Assembly: GCF_009834535.1 (NCBI RefSeq)
Contig: NC_045697.1
Location: forward strand, 62,064,001 to 62,128,000
Direction of reading: 5' to 3'
Length of the DNA: 64,000 bases
Source: Camelus ferus
Lineage: Eukaryota
The notes under the pieces are model-generated. The model saw nothing but the letters and a program-made list of their open reading frames with translations, ran no database searches and was not told where the DNA came from. Within the stretch, counting starts at the first letter, position 1, and each line of letters opens with the position of its first letter. Shown here piece after piece: positions 13,478 through 25,050 of this stretch. A program made the translations under genes and the position numbers.

Positions 13478-13619
13478 TTTTTTTTTAATAAATGAAAGTT
13501 GCCTTTATTGGCATCAAGGTATAAAAACACAAAATAAAATCAAAGTAACAGTTAAAGATAACAGTAACAGCTAACAGCTTTTGCCAGTTACTGTTTCATT
13601 AACTCATTTAATCCTCTAA
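13478..13619 (-). pseudogene. Probable 5'-truncated retrocopy of an mRNA 3' end (contains a MIR tail)
   Basis: Minus strand: MIR-like gaggattaaatgagttaat..., unique sequence, AATAAA (13509-13504), 17 nt, then A9; flanks caaagggagaatttt / caaaggggaagtttt (12/15 identical). Confidence 0.55.
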
Positions 13620-14804
13620 CAAAGGGGAAGTTTTCAAACAGGAAAAAATTAGCAAGAAATTTTGAAAGCAGGTATAAGATCAGGGCAAAACGGCTGAGTA
13701 CCAGAAAAGCACAGAAAGAGTTAGTGCTTAAATCCCAGGTAGAAGAAATCAATTCTCCAAATGTGGTGCAGCCTCATCCTGGAGTGACAATATCCTCCTA
13801 TTAAGGGTCTTTAGACTCTCCCTCAGTATGAACTTCAGTCCCCAGGAGACAGGCTCTGGCTGTATGACCACAGGCACATGACTTATACTCTACAGATAAC
13901 AGGGGCAATCCTACCAACCTCCAAGAGCTTAGATGTTAGAGATAATACAGACAAGGACATAGTACAGGGCCTAGGACAGAAATTGCTCAAGTGGAATTTA
14001 TTATTACCATTGTTAATAATAATTTTATTATCACCCTTCCTGTCTATCAAAGCTTCTTATTTCTTTCTGAGGTTTTTTGGTTTTTTTTTTTTTTGCTATA
14101 CTCAAATAACTAAAAAGTTACATGCTCAGATCCCCACAGGGTTTTCTTCTCCTGTTAGTGCTATGGGTCATCCCTGGTTTAATCAGTCCTTTTAAAGAAT
14201 CACTAACCATTCTTCTGGCTGACATTTTAATCAGGTTTTCCCAAGAATCCCAAAGGAGGGGAGAAATGGAATTGCAATGAAAAAATCCACTTTTCTCTAC
14301 ATGCCAGTAAATTATAACTTCTCAGCTGCCTCAGAAAAAGAACAAAAGACATATGGCAGAACATTTTTCTGGATGAAAATAAAAATGACAAAGCAGAAGA
14401 ACCAAATTTCTTGCAGTATTGACACTGAAGTAGGGAGGGAGGGCAGGCAGGGGCAGCGAACAAGTGCAGTTCTGCAGAATCATATCCTTAAGTTACTCTA
14501 ACTCCATACTGAGAGTGTTCACAGATCACCTCTGGGATAGGAGGAAAACATCTCCTCTCCACAGATCTTTACAAATATTAAAAAGGAGAAGAACTTTAAG
14601 TACTCAAAATGGAAGATAGTATTTACATAATCCATTCAGGACTTTGTGCTCTAATGCCACTTAATATTCTGTTGCTTAGTGCTTCTCTCTGAGAGACTCT
14701 TTCCCTCCCTGTGGTCTCCCCGGCAACATCTTTGTTTGGTTCCTAAGATGGCTACAAAATAGATGTCTGTTCTTTGGACATGAGTCAGTCTGGCTACTGC
14801 AATG

Positions 14805-15010
14805 GTGGAGGTGGCACAGCAAGAGTCAGACTGGCTGAGTTTGCATCCTGGCTTGACACTGACTGACTTTGTGTCCTTAGGCAAGTTACTTAACCTTTCT
14901 GAATCCACAGTCGCCTTGTCTATAAAACAGAGATACCTATATTACCTTCTAGTTCAGGCTGTGTGGAGATTAAATGGAGAAATGCATGTAAAAAGCTCAA
15001 CACACTTAAT
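14805..15010 (+). mobile_element. MIR SINE
   Basis: gagtcagactggctgagtttgcatcctggc...ggcaagttacttaacctttctg...gattaaatg. Confidence 0.85.
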
Positions 15011-15196
15011 ATTATGTTTGGTGGTGAGAAGGAAGAGAAGTGGGAAGAGTCAAGTAAGGAGGAAGCAAGAAAGACTATAACATTCTGACAGTGCCTGCTA
15101 GCTCCCATCCTTTTTCTCCCTCTCCCTACACCATGTTCAGTGCACCCACAGCTCCTGGGGCTAGAAACAATAACCAACAAGTAACAGTTGCCATTT

Positions 15197-15688
15197 ATAT
15201 TACTTTGCCAGAGCTGCCCTATCAAAGTACCAATGTGGCTTAAATAACAGAAATTGCTTGTTTCACAGTTCTGCAGACTGCATGTCTGAGCAAGCTGTGG
15301 GCAAGGCTGGCTCCTTCTGAGGGCTGTGAGAGAGAATCTGTTCCATGCCTCTTACCTAGCTTCTGGTGTTTCACTGGTGATCTTTGGCATTCCTTGGCTT
15401 GTAGAAGCATCACCCTGATCTCTGCCTTCAACTTCACCTGGCACTCCCTGTGAGACACTGTGTAAGTGTCTGTGCCCAAATTTCCCTTTTCATAAGGACA
15501 ACAGTCATATTGGATTGAGGCCCACTCTAATTACCTCATCTTAACTAATTACATGTGCAATGACCCTATTTTCAAATAAGGTCACATTCTGTGGTATTGG
15601 GGTGATGTGGGGAGGGAGGGCAGACAGGGGCAGGGAACCATCATATGAAGTGGGGTGGTAGAGGTGGGGACATAATTCAACCCATAAC
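15197..15688 (-). mobile_element. MaLR LTR (MLT1B/MLT1C-like)
   Basis: ccttctgagggctgtgagagagaatctgttccatgcctc...aaataaggtcacattctg...aattcaacccataaca. Confidence 0.9.
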
Positions 15689-15756
15689 ACCACTAAGCCG
15701 TGTGTCCCTGGGCAAGTCACTTATCTCCTGTACCTCGGGGTCCTCGGGGTTGGGAC

Positions 15757-16170
15757 TATAGCAGAGCTGTCAATGCCCTCCCCACATGCCCTTGGGCCTT
15801 GCCACTGTGGAGCTGGCAGCCAGACCTTCAATTGCCTGAGGGCTTTCTCTGGCAGCCAAAGTCATTCTGCCTCTGCTACTGCCAGGGAAGAAGTTCCAAA
15901 GAACTAATATGCCCCAGGAGAGGTCCTGAACCAGTCCAAGTCACACACGAGTTGGTGTGTGAGTACCACACCCCTTTGCCCTCTGGTGAGATAATTCCTA
16001 GGCACACAGTCCTGCCAGTTCACAGAGTCCCAGGGACATTAAGCCCTGGTTGCCCATCCTTTATTGGCTGCCTCCCCATTTCCCTATGGAGTCTCTTCAC
16101 CTCCCAAATAAACTACTGATGCTAAAATACTAGTGTCAGTGTAGGCTTCTGGGGAAACCAAACTAAGACT
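15757..16170 (+). mobile_element. ERVL LTR (LTR16-like) nested in a MIR
   Basis: Ends cccaaataaactact...gcttctggggaaaccaaactaagac; MIR sequence on both sides (15690-15750, 16171-16260). Confidence 0.7.
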
Positions 16171-16504
16171 AGCATGTTACTGTGATGATTAGATAAATTA
16201 ATATTTAGAATAGAACCTAGTTAGCACTGCATAATTACTGGCTGTTATTATTCTTACCATCAGCGTTATGTTTTAAGTAGCATAGTTGGGCCATGAAGCA
16301 CCAGTCCCAAGCAGCAAAGGCATCAGATGAGGCTGTTTTACTCACAAGCCTCCCTTGGCAGGTAGGTAAATGAAGAGGTGGCAGGAGCTTGTTCTTCTGC
16401 ATCTGATGTGGCTGTCCTCTCAGTAGGGAAATACAGGAACCAGCACAACCTCTCAGCAGCTCATTGTCCCTTAGGGATGCGAATAGCGATCATTCATTGA
16501 CTTT

Positions 16505-16740
16505 GAGGCAGCAAAGTGTACTGTTTAAGATCATGGGCTCTGAGCTAAACAGGCCCAGATTTCAATGATGGTTCTGCCACTTTCCAGCAGTGTGATCTTG
16601 AGAGAGTTGCTTGATCTCTCTAAGCCTCATCTTCCACCTCTAGAAAATGGGCATAATGATAATTGTTCTCAAGGACTAAATAAGGTAAAGCATGCACAGC
16701 CAATATTAAGAGCTCAGTAAAGGTTAATTATTATTCTTAT
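16505..16740 (+). mobile_element. MIR SINE
   Basis: ttaagatcatgggctctgag...tctgccactt...tgtgatcttg...aaaatggg. Confidence 0.85.
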
Positions 16741-16924
16741 TCATTTATTCATTCTTTTTTACACTATAGAAATGGGTCTGGGCATTCCTATGACACCTTT
16801 CTCTTCCTCTAGGCCTTCTCATTTTCACCTCTACTTCCCTCCCACATGCCTAGCATATAGTAGGCACTAAATAAATGCTTCAAATTGTGAATGAAGAAAT
16901 GAATGATGCAGGGAAGATTTAAGA

Positions 16925-17090
16925 GAAATACAAAGTGAGACAAGTTGGACTATGTGGGTCACTATATCAGAATCTTAAGTACAATGCACATTAAATAAAT
17001 GGTAGTAGTAATATTATAATGACTCGATGGGGGTGGTAGTCATTTAGTAAAAACAATGGCTAATGAGTAGCATGTGCTTACTATGTCCAC
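16925..17090 (+). repeat. Direct repeat copy 1 (~160 bp; partner at 17589-17751)
   Basis: Direct alignment: 9 substitutions plus one 3-bp indel over 16931-17090. Confidence 0.97.
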
Positions 17091-17588
17091 TTTTTATACT
17101 CCACTATTTATATTCTTTTTATATTATATTTCCAGAAAGGATTTGAGGAAGCTGAGGAATTAATTATATAAGTCAGAGTTTGTATGTTCTGACATTCACT
17201 ACAAAAGGTAAAACATACAAAGGTTCCAAACCGTCCAAGACTGGGAGCATTAATTAATTAATGCTAATTCTTCCTGCCTAAGCAAAGGCCTCAGGCTAAT
17301 AACATTCTGAAATTGCTTAAAAGCAGTTATAGTCACAAAACTGAGGTACACCAGGAGCCCAGTGGGAGTTTTAATAACATTACACCTGAGCTCTTTATGT
17401 CAGGAGGGAGCTCGAGAGACTTCCAAGACCGAAGCAAGATGGGGAAAAAGCCTCACTCAGCAAATAACATGCCATTAACTTGGTGTGTGTAGACAGTACT
17501 CAGGGAAGTGGTAATTGAGTCAATAAAAAATCAGAGTGGATAAACAGGCCAAAATGGGAGGGGAGGGTGAAAACTGCCAATTCCAAAG

Positions 17589-17751
17589 GAAAGACAAAGT
17601 GAGACAAGTTGGACTATGTCGGTCACTATATCAGAATCTTAAGTACAATGCACATTAAATAAATGGTAGTAGTAATATTATGACTCGATGGAAGTGGTAG
17701 TCATTTAATACAAACAATGGCTAATAAGTAGCGTGTGCTTACCATGTCTAC
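17589..17751 (+). repeat. Direct repeat copy 2; runs on into a MIR
   Basis: caaagtgagacaagttggactatg...gtgcttaccatgtctac, followed by MIR agcactgttctaagcac. Confidence 0.97.
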
Positions 17752-18360
17752 AGCACTGTTCTAAGCACCATATATATGTCTAATCCTCAATTCTCAAAAC
17801 AGCCCCATAAGCTAGGTTCCATGATAATCCCCATTCTGCATTTAAGTGAACTGAGGCACAGAGAAGTAACATGACTTATTTTTCATGTATTATCTCATTT
17901 AGCCCTCACCACAATGCTTTGAAGGAATTACCATTATTTGTCTCCATTTTATAGATAAGAAAATTGAAGCACAAAAAGGTCAATAATTTGGCCAAGGTCA
18001 CACATTTATTAAGTACTGAACCAAGGTTCAGAGCCATTCAACTGAACCCAGAGCCAGTACTAACATGCTGGTTGCCACATGAAATATATTTAAATTCACC
18101 ACAAGGAATATCTAGCATGAAAAGTTTGGTTGTATGCTTATAGTAATACTTATAGCAAACTCTTATATAGAACTCACTGTGTCAGCCAGGAACCGCTTTC
18201 AATAATTATCCTTACAACAGCCTTACAGAGAGTATATTATGCCCATTTTACAGATAAGAAAGTGAAGCTGAGAGGGAAAGGGCTGGGCCAGTGTTACACG
18301 GTAAATATCAGAACCAGAGTATCTAGAGTGTGTATTTTTAACCACTTTGCTATCCTACCT
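17715..18360 (-). mobile_element. Cluster of three MIR copies
   Basis: Three reverse cores: actgaggcacagagaag; ccattttatagataagaaaattgaagc; cccattttacagataagaaagtgaagct. Confidence 0.85.
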
Positions 18361-19589
18361 AAGAATGATGTTTTGAGACTGTGTTGAACAATGTGGTGAT
18401 CAATAACGGTGAAAAAGAAATCAGCAACAGCAGTGAATTTCCTGGCAAAGCCTCATCTTATCACAGAGGGGTATTCACATCATTATGTTTCACTGATAAT
18501 AATTTCTTTTTAAACTGTTGGTCTAATCTGGGAGAAAATTTCCCTGTTCCCAAGAAAGAGAAAACATTAAAATAGAAGCACGATGCTGTATTGCAGACCA
18601 TGACGAGATGCAGAGGAGAACATGTTGCATCCCCAACACCTGTCATTTCTGTCCTAAACAGCAAAGCCCTCTGCTGTCTACCGGGTGGGAAGCAGTCAGC
18701 ACAACTGTTGATGCTACCCATGAGGAACTGGAACTGCAGTTCTACTGCGTCCTCCCAGTTTTGGAGAACAGGCCACAGCTTTTGTTTTCTCTATGCCCTG
18801 CCATTTCTCTTCTATAAACGTTATTGTGAGAAGAGACCCATATGGAGATAAAGCTGGGAGATGCAGGCCTGTTGCAAATACCTTTTGTAGCTACTCACAA
18901 AATGTGAATATCCCTGCCAATGCTAACTGTGCTGATGGGAGGCCCTCCTGAGCTGTGAGTGCTGCTTGCTGTCCCCGCTGCTAAAACGTCTCCACCTACA
19001 GCGCATGTTGTGTAGAGGAAGTCACGAAAGATCAAACAAAATGACTGGAAAGGGTTAGTCTCCATTTTTATTAATGCTCTAAACTCCAGGAAGGCCTGTG
19101 TGTTCCAGTGGAGGTGTCTGTCCTACAAGGTAAGGCTTCTGACCCATAGGGTGATCCGTACTTCCCATTCTTATCAGTGATTCTTACCTACTAAATCTGC
19201 TAAGGAGGAGAGTTTGTGTAGTGTGTGCCCAGGGTCTGAAAATTAAAGGAGTAGCACCAGGGTCTGGATTTGGGAAGCCTTGATTAGATGCCTCATTCTG
19301 GATTCCCATTCCACCCTGTGTTTACCTCATCTCAACGTACATCAATCACACTGTACTGAAATTGCCCAGGAACATGATGGCATGTCTCACCCAACAGGCA
19401 ATAATAGCTCTGTGATCAGAAAATAGTTTACTTTTGTTTCCACAGAACTTGGCATCATATCTAGCTGATATAAACACTCAATAAATATAGTGACTCAGGA
19501 GGCAGCTTGTAGGGTTAGTCTCAGCTAACATTAGTCCCAGCTAATGTTCAAAACAAAACAAAACAAAACACTGGGGCTGGTGTCATCAT

Positions 19590-19800
19590 CCTTCACTGAG
19601 TGCTTGCTTCACTATATTTTGGTGTGGACTGTCTCATTTTATATTCACAAGCAACCTTACTATGTAAGTAACATAATTATCCTTATATTACAAATAAAGA
19701 AAAGGAGGCTCAGAAGGGTTAAGTAACTTGCCCAAGATCACACAGTTAGTGGTCTCAGTTGAGATTTGAAACCAGGAAATGTAATTACAGCTTGCATGAA
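19590..19800 (-). mobile_element. MIR SINE
   Basis: gaggctcagaagggttaagtaacttgcccaagatcacacag. Confidence 0.9.
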
Positions 19801-20266
19801 ATTAAACACACCCCTTCACACATTCCCATAGGATATAAGTTCCATTTTTCCATTTTGCACTTTCTACTTCTTCACTCCCACCCTGTGTTCTTTATCATCG
19901 ACTCTACCTAGCTAAAAAGGCTGGAAGGTAGAGTACACAGCACCCTTAGTACTGACCCTAAACCTGGACCCAGATCTTATATTCCAGATCTTACCATACA
20001 AGGCTAGGTTGGAACATCTTGGTCCTGAGACTCCACCCCTGTGGTGGAGAGAGAGACACCTCTGGTAGAAGCATATGCTCCAGCCTCGACTCTGCCACCA
20101 GCCCACTACCTGGCTGACCTCAGGCAAGTTTCCAACCTCTTTGAGATTTCCCTATTTAAAGCATGAGGATAATAATTCCCACCCTGCATTCTTCCTGGAT
20201 TAGTTTCCGTGAAGAGTGCTTAAGGCCAGTTGAGACAAGAGTGCTTAGAACATTATGGAGTACTCT

Positions 20267-20756
20267 TGTCACCAGCAAAGCCCACTAGTGTCTCCAGGAA
20301 AAATAAGATGGAATCTAGGTAATAAGGCCTAACCTCTTCTTTTCTGCTTAGTCTAGCTTCACTTGCCTATAGGGGGCCATGTGCAGAAGCCTTGCACCAG
20401 ACACATCAGATTCTGCACCTGACACCTCAGCTCAGAGGGCTGTGTGCAGAGGCACTGTGCCCGGCACTGTGATCTGAAGCTCGAGTAGCACAGCTGCGCT
20501 AGCCTCAAGAGCACTCCACCCCTTCCCCTCCTCCTCCCTCTCCCCCGACTGATGAGATCCCTATAAAGCAGCCCCACAAACAGCCTTTCAGGGAAAGCAT
20601 GTGTGCTCTAGGGCATGAGCTCGCACCTCTCCATTCTTTGATCAAACAATAAAACTTTCCTTTGCTTCTGAACCAAACTCCATCTCATTCTACTGGCACA
20701 AGCAACACTGGACAGAAGGACTCTTGTTGGGGTCCAACTCAAAAGGGTCAGTAACA
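20267..20756 (+). mobile_element. Solo ERV LTR (ERV1-like), 490 bp, structurally intact
   Basis: TGTCAC...GTAACA termini, 4-bp TSD ctct (20263-20266, 20757-20760), TATAAA 20562-20567, AATAAA 20648-20653. Confidence 0.88.
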
Positions 20757-20889
20757 CTCTCTGTCAACATGAGAAGGAGATGATCGGGATCCAACAACTC
20801 TCATTTAGGCAATAAAGATAAACTGCTTTTATTCACTTATTTTTTGTATCTAATAAAAAACAGTGCAAAAGAAAACTTCCTTTCTCTCT

Positions 20890-21085
20890 GAAAGAAACAC
20901 ACAAAGAAAGAGAAAGAGAGACTCAGGGACAGAAAAAGAGAAAGGCAGCGAAGAGATGGGACACAGGCAACCAGACAGGTGAGGAAACACAGACTGAGAA
21001 TCAGAGACAAGAGACAGAAGGCTAAAGATAGAGACAAAGTCAGAGAAAGAGGAGCAAGAGAGAGAATCCAAAGTTAAGACAAAGT
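20890..21085 (+). repeat. Purine-rich (GA/GACA) low-complexity tract
   Basis: Degenerate agagac/agaaag iterations. Confidence 0.8.
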
Positions 21086-21789
21086 TTCATGTCTCTTCCA
21101 TTAGATGCAACAGGCAAATTACCCCCAAGATTGGGCACAAACCTAATCTTAATGACTTAAATTCTCTCTTCCTCCAACTGGTTGACCTTTAACTCCCTAC
21201 TTCTTAGCCATCCTCTACTGCATCACAGTACTCAATTTAGTAGCATTTAAGGGTTGTGAGGGGGTCCTGTTTAGAACTATGTTGCCAAGTGAAGAAGTTA
21301 TTTTGATTGCACACCAGCACCCACCCTTTGCACCTGGTTTGTGACTCAGCATTTTTCCATCTAGGTCCCCTGGATTATTCACTGCTCAGCATCTTACCCT
21401 CACTTCTGTTATCAGCCCCTGAGCAAAGAAGATGGGTTGGCCATCTTGGGGTTCACTGATAGGCTTAAGGCTAGACTGATCTAGGTAAATCAGGGATGAG
21501 AGCCCAAACGCTCTGGCGAGTGTTCAGGTGAGAGGAGGACTACCAACTTGCCACAGGTGCCAGAATGGAAAGCCCACTTCTGAGGAGTGACAGTGTTTTT
21601 TTCTTCTGCCTGCAGGATAAGGATAGGGCCTACATTTGTGGTGGAAACATTAGTCCTTAAGCCCAGGTACTAATACCTAATGAATGACTCTTCCAGTGAC
21701 CTAGCCCCTTAGCTGTTTCTGTTCATCTCAGAGACTGCTCATTCAGGGCACCCTATTCATATCTATTGCTGACACCCTTATTTCCTACA

Positions 21790-22140
21790 TGGAAGTGAAT
21801 AGCCACTTGCCTTATATTTGTCCCTTGCATTTTTCCTTGTCACACACATTTGATCCTCACCACGTCCTGATGTGATGAAAAAGATAGAAAGGTGAGGCTC
21901 ACAGGAGCATGCAAGCTGCTACTTAATACTCATGCAGCATCTACTATATGCCAGGTTCTGTCTGAGGCCACTATACAAGCCACCTCATGTAAGCTTCAGA
22001 TCCTAACTGCAAGACAGTTACAACTTACCTTCAATTGAGAGATGTAAAAACTGAGACGAAACGGGTTTAGAAGCTTGAGTATGGTCATGTAGCAGTCAGA
22101 AAGCCGTGGCTGAGACTGAAACCTTTGACAGCACATTCAA
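21790..22140 (-). mobile_element. Two MIR fragments
   Basis: catttgatcctcacc...gaggctcacag and catctactatatgccagg...aaactgagac. Confidence 0.7.
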
Positions 22141-23504
22141 GGGCATTAGCAAATCTCTCTATGTTCATTTCACCCTGGTAAGACTTCAGAAGCAGATTTA
22201 TTTTTGAAGGGGAAAAAAAAAATCTCATACAGGGTAGATCAGGTTTGTGCTGGCTAATTGAAAAACAAAGTTCTGGAGCCCTCCATTTGTCTACCATGAA
22301 CAATCCCTTTGACTTGCCACTTCCTCAATCTGTGCACTCAATATAACAGAAGTGCTGGCTACTTACAGAAGAGGTTTCTAAGAAATCCAAAACCTTACTT
22401 GTAGTAGTATCCTTAATACAAGTGTCTTGAACAATGAAAATTACTTTCCTAAGTGAAACTAGACTCAAGTGGTTTGTTCTGCCCCCTTATAGTCGTCCAG
22501 TCCAGTAGAAGTGTTTGTGTGATTTTTTTTGAAAGTTCCGAAAACAACTCAAGGAGATAATAAAATACCATTCTCTTTATTGAAGTCTGGGATTCCCTAA
22601 AGCTGAAGACTGCAAATTGTGGTGTTTGATTGCCCTAAATGAAAATGTTGGAAGATAAAGAATTCCCTTGGCTCTAACCTTCAAGGAGCAAACCATGCCT
22701 AGAGGCGAGGAAATGCAGACAGTCTCATACATTCTCTCTCTGCTAAATTCCACATTCTGTAAAAATTCTCTTTTCTCCCTAACTACATTAGAGAGAAAGG
22801 CAATCAATACAAAAATACCAGGTTCATCCTAAGGGATCCTACTGCAAAACAAAAACTCTAAGCAGTTCAGTACTGAAACTTAAATGGTTGACCCCTTATT
22901 TTCTGTGTAACACCTTCTTCAAGATATTTGTGCGTCTTGGTTTTCAAAGTGAAAGCTTGTTCAAGTGAACTATGGATTGCGCTGTTCTAGCTGATCTAAG
23001 GCAAGATCTTGGTAATCAATTGCAGGGACTTTGTTACAGAAACCTGGTTAGGTTTATAGAACCTCTGGTAAGACCATCATACCACCCTACAACACCTAAA
23101 ATACAATGACGACCCTACATATACTCTTTCTCCTCTTAACTGATTCACTTTTTACACTTCAGACTGATGTTAAAAAGGTGCTCCATACTTCCTCCAGAGC
23201 TCACCAGAGGAAAGCCACAATCATAACAATCATAATAACAATAATAATAAATCAAACTCCTCCTCAATCCCACTTCCTTTCCTGTCACTGCTACAAGACA
23301 TCCTAAGAAAACAGGGTAATGAGAAAAAGTCAGTTAACATGACTCCACTTCCCATGGAGAACAAATTTGAAGAGTAAATCATGGTGGGCCGGGAGGGTTT
23401 GATTAGAACTTTATTTAGAAAAATGAAAGTATATATTAAGAGACTATCTATATCATATCTTATATTTAACAGAATGTAGGTTCTAAACATCTTTAAACAT
23501 TGTC

Positions 23505-23594
23505 TTTTTTTTTAATGGAGATGCTGAGGATTGAAACCAGGACCTCGTGCATGCTAAGCATGTGCTCTACCACTAAGCTATTCCTCCAATCCCC
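23505..23594 (-). mobile_element. tRNA-Ala-derived camelid SINE (Vic-1-like)
   Basis: Reverse reads tagcttagtggtagagcacatgcttagcatgcacgaggtcctggtttcaatcc plus A-tail; diverged TSD taaa(c/t)att..gtctt. Confidence 0.88.
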
Positions 23595-23803
23595 TAAATA
23601 TTAAGTCTTAATATGGGGGGGTTCCATTTATTTTTCCCAAAAAGAACTGAACGACAACTCAACTTAAGATCCATCACTTCTCATTTGACTTTTACAGAAT
23701 GATCATAAAGAGGGCTATTTTTGCAAAATATTCAAAGGTTTCTTCAGTTCTCTCATGGGTCTCTATTTTCTTTTGATATTCGTATCATTCTCTTTTGAGG
23801 TAT

Positions 23804-24336
23804 TGTTCTACTTATTATGGCTGCATGACAAATTACCGCCAAAACTTAGTGGCTTAAAATAACACCACCTATCCTGCTCACAAAGGGGCAATTTGAGCAG
23901 GGTACAGTGGGGACAGCTTGTCACTCTCCACTTATCAGCTGAAACAGTCCAAGTCTGAGGGCTGGGATTATTTGCCAGCCTACTCATTTATATGTCTGAC
24001 ACCTGGGATGGAAAGACTCAACTGGAGGCCAAAATAGCAAGGGCTCCTCAGGCTTCTTTCTCTCTCTCCCTGATCTCACTACATGATCTTTCCAGCATAG
24101 TAGCTTCAGATAGCTAGATTTTATACATGGCATGTCAGGGGGCCAAGAGGAAAGGCAGAAGCCTTATCACTTTTAATGGCCTAGCCTGGGAAGTTATATA
24201 GCATCACTTCTGCCATATTCTATTCCTTAGAAGCAAATCTCCAAAGCCAGCCCATTCTCAAAATGAGAAGAATCAGGCTCTACCTTTTATAAGAGAAGTG
24301 TCAAAAAATTTGTGACCATGTTTTTAAATTACCAAA
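23804..24336 (-). mobile_element. MaLR LTR (MLT1G/MLT1H-like)
   Basis: caaattacc...aaacttagtggcttaaaataaca start; gtgtcaaaaaatttgtgaccatgtttttaaattacc end. Confidence 0.85.
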
Positions 24337-24429
24337 GCATCTATCATGTCATCTTCTTTGTTAATTTTCTATTCTGATTGTTGACTGCTTCAAGTGCCAG
24401 ATCCATTTGTCACTGGTTCTGTGTAAGCC

Positions 24430-24545
24430 TGGCATGTCAGATCCATGAAGGCTGGGATTTTTGTCTGACTTATTCAGGGCTAGTCTCCAATACCTACTAC
24501 CTGCTACATGGAAGATACCCAATAAGTATTTGCTAATTCAACAGT
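24430..24545 (+). mobile_element. L2 3' tail
   Basis: gatccatgaaggctgggattttgtctg...aataagtatttgc. Confidence 0.7.
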
Positions 24546-25050
24546 TCTCCAATATCATTTTCATCACCTTCATGAAATCCTGTATCCTTTACAAGCTTTG
24601 CAATTTTACTTCGCAATCAGTTTTGCTTTTCTTTTTATTGTACTGTCTGAAGTTAACAACTTGAGGCAATCAACAAGAAACTAGTTTAAAGAGATGTTGA
24701 TAAGATGAGCAGAAACAGAAGCTAATATTACCCAAGGATACTGGAATGGAGATAAATATTGTAAGTGGTTGCTTCATTTTGATGGGGAGCATAAGGAGCT
24801 TTGTTTCCTGCATGAAAGCTCATAACTGCAAGAGCACAGATAATGAAGACTTACATAACAACTACTCCCAGATTATCTTTGAGAAAATCAAAATCTCTCC
24901 TAGGCTCAGGTTTTCCAGTTGTGGAAGGGCATTACACCTCAAGTTCTAACATTTTGATGATTTTAGAACTTGGAATTTTAGATCAGGGTCATAGATATAG
25001 ATGGGCAGATATTTAGCATCCATGATGACAAACTTATAATTAATAATACT

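Noticed and set aside
16925..17751. CRISPR-like or other prokaryotic repeat-spacer system
   Set aside because: Only two long copies in a mammalian context, no cas or other prokaryotic genes, and no regularly spaced short repeat array anywhere in the window
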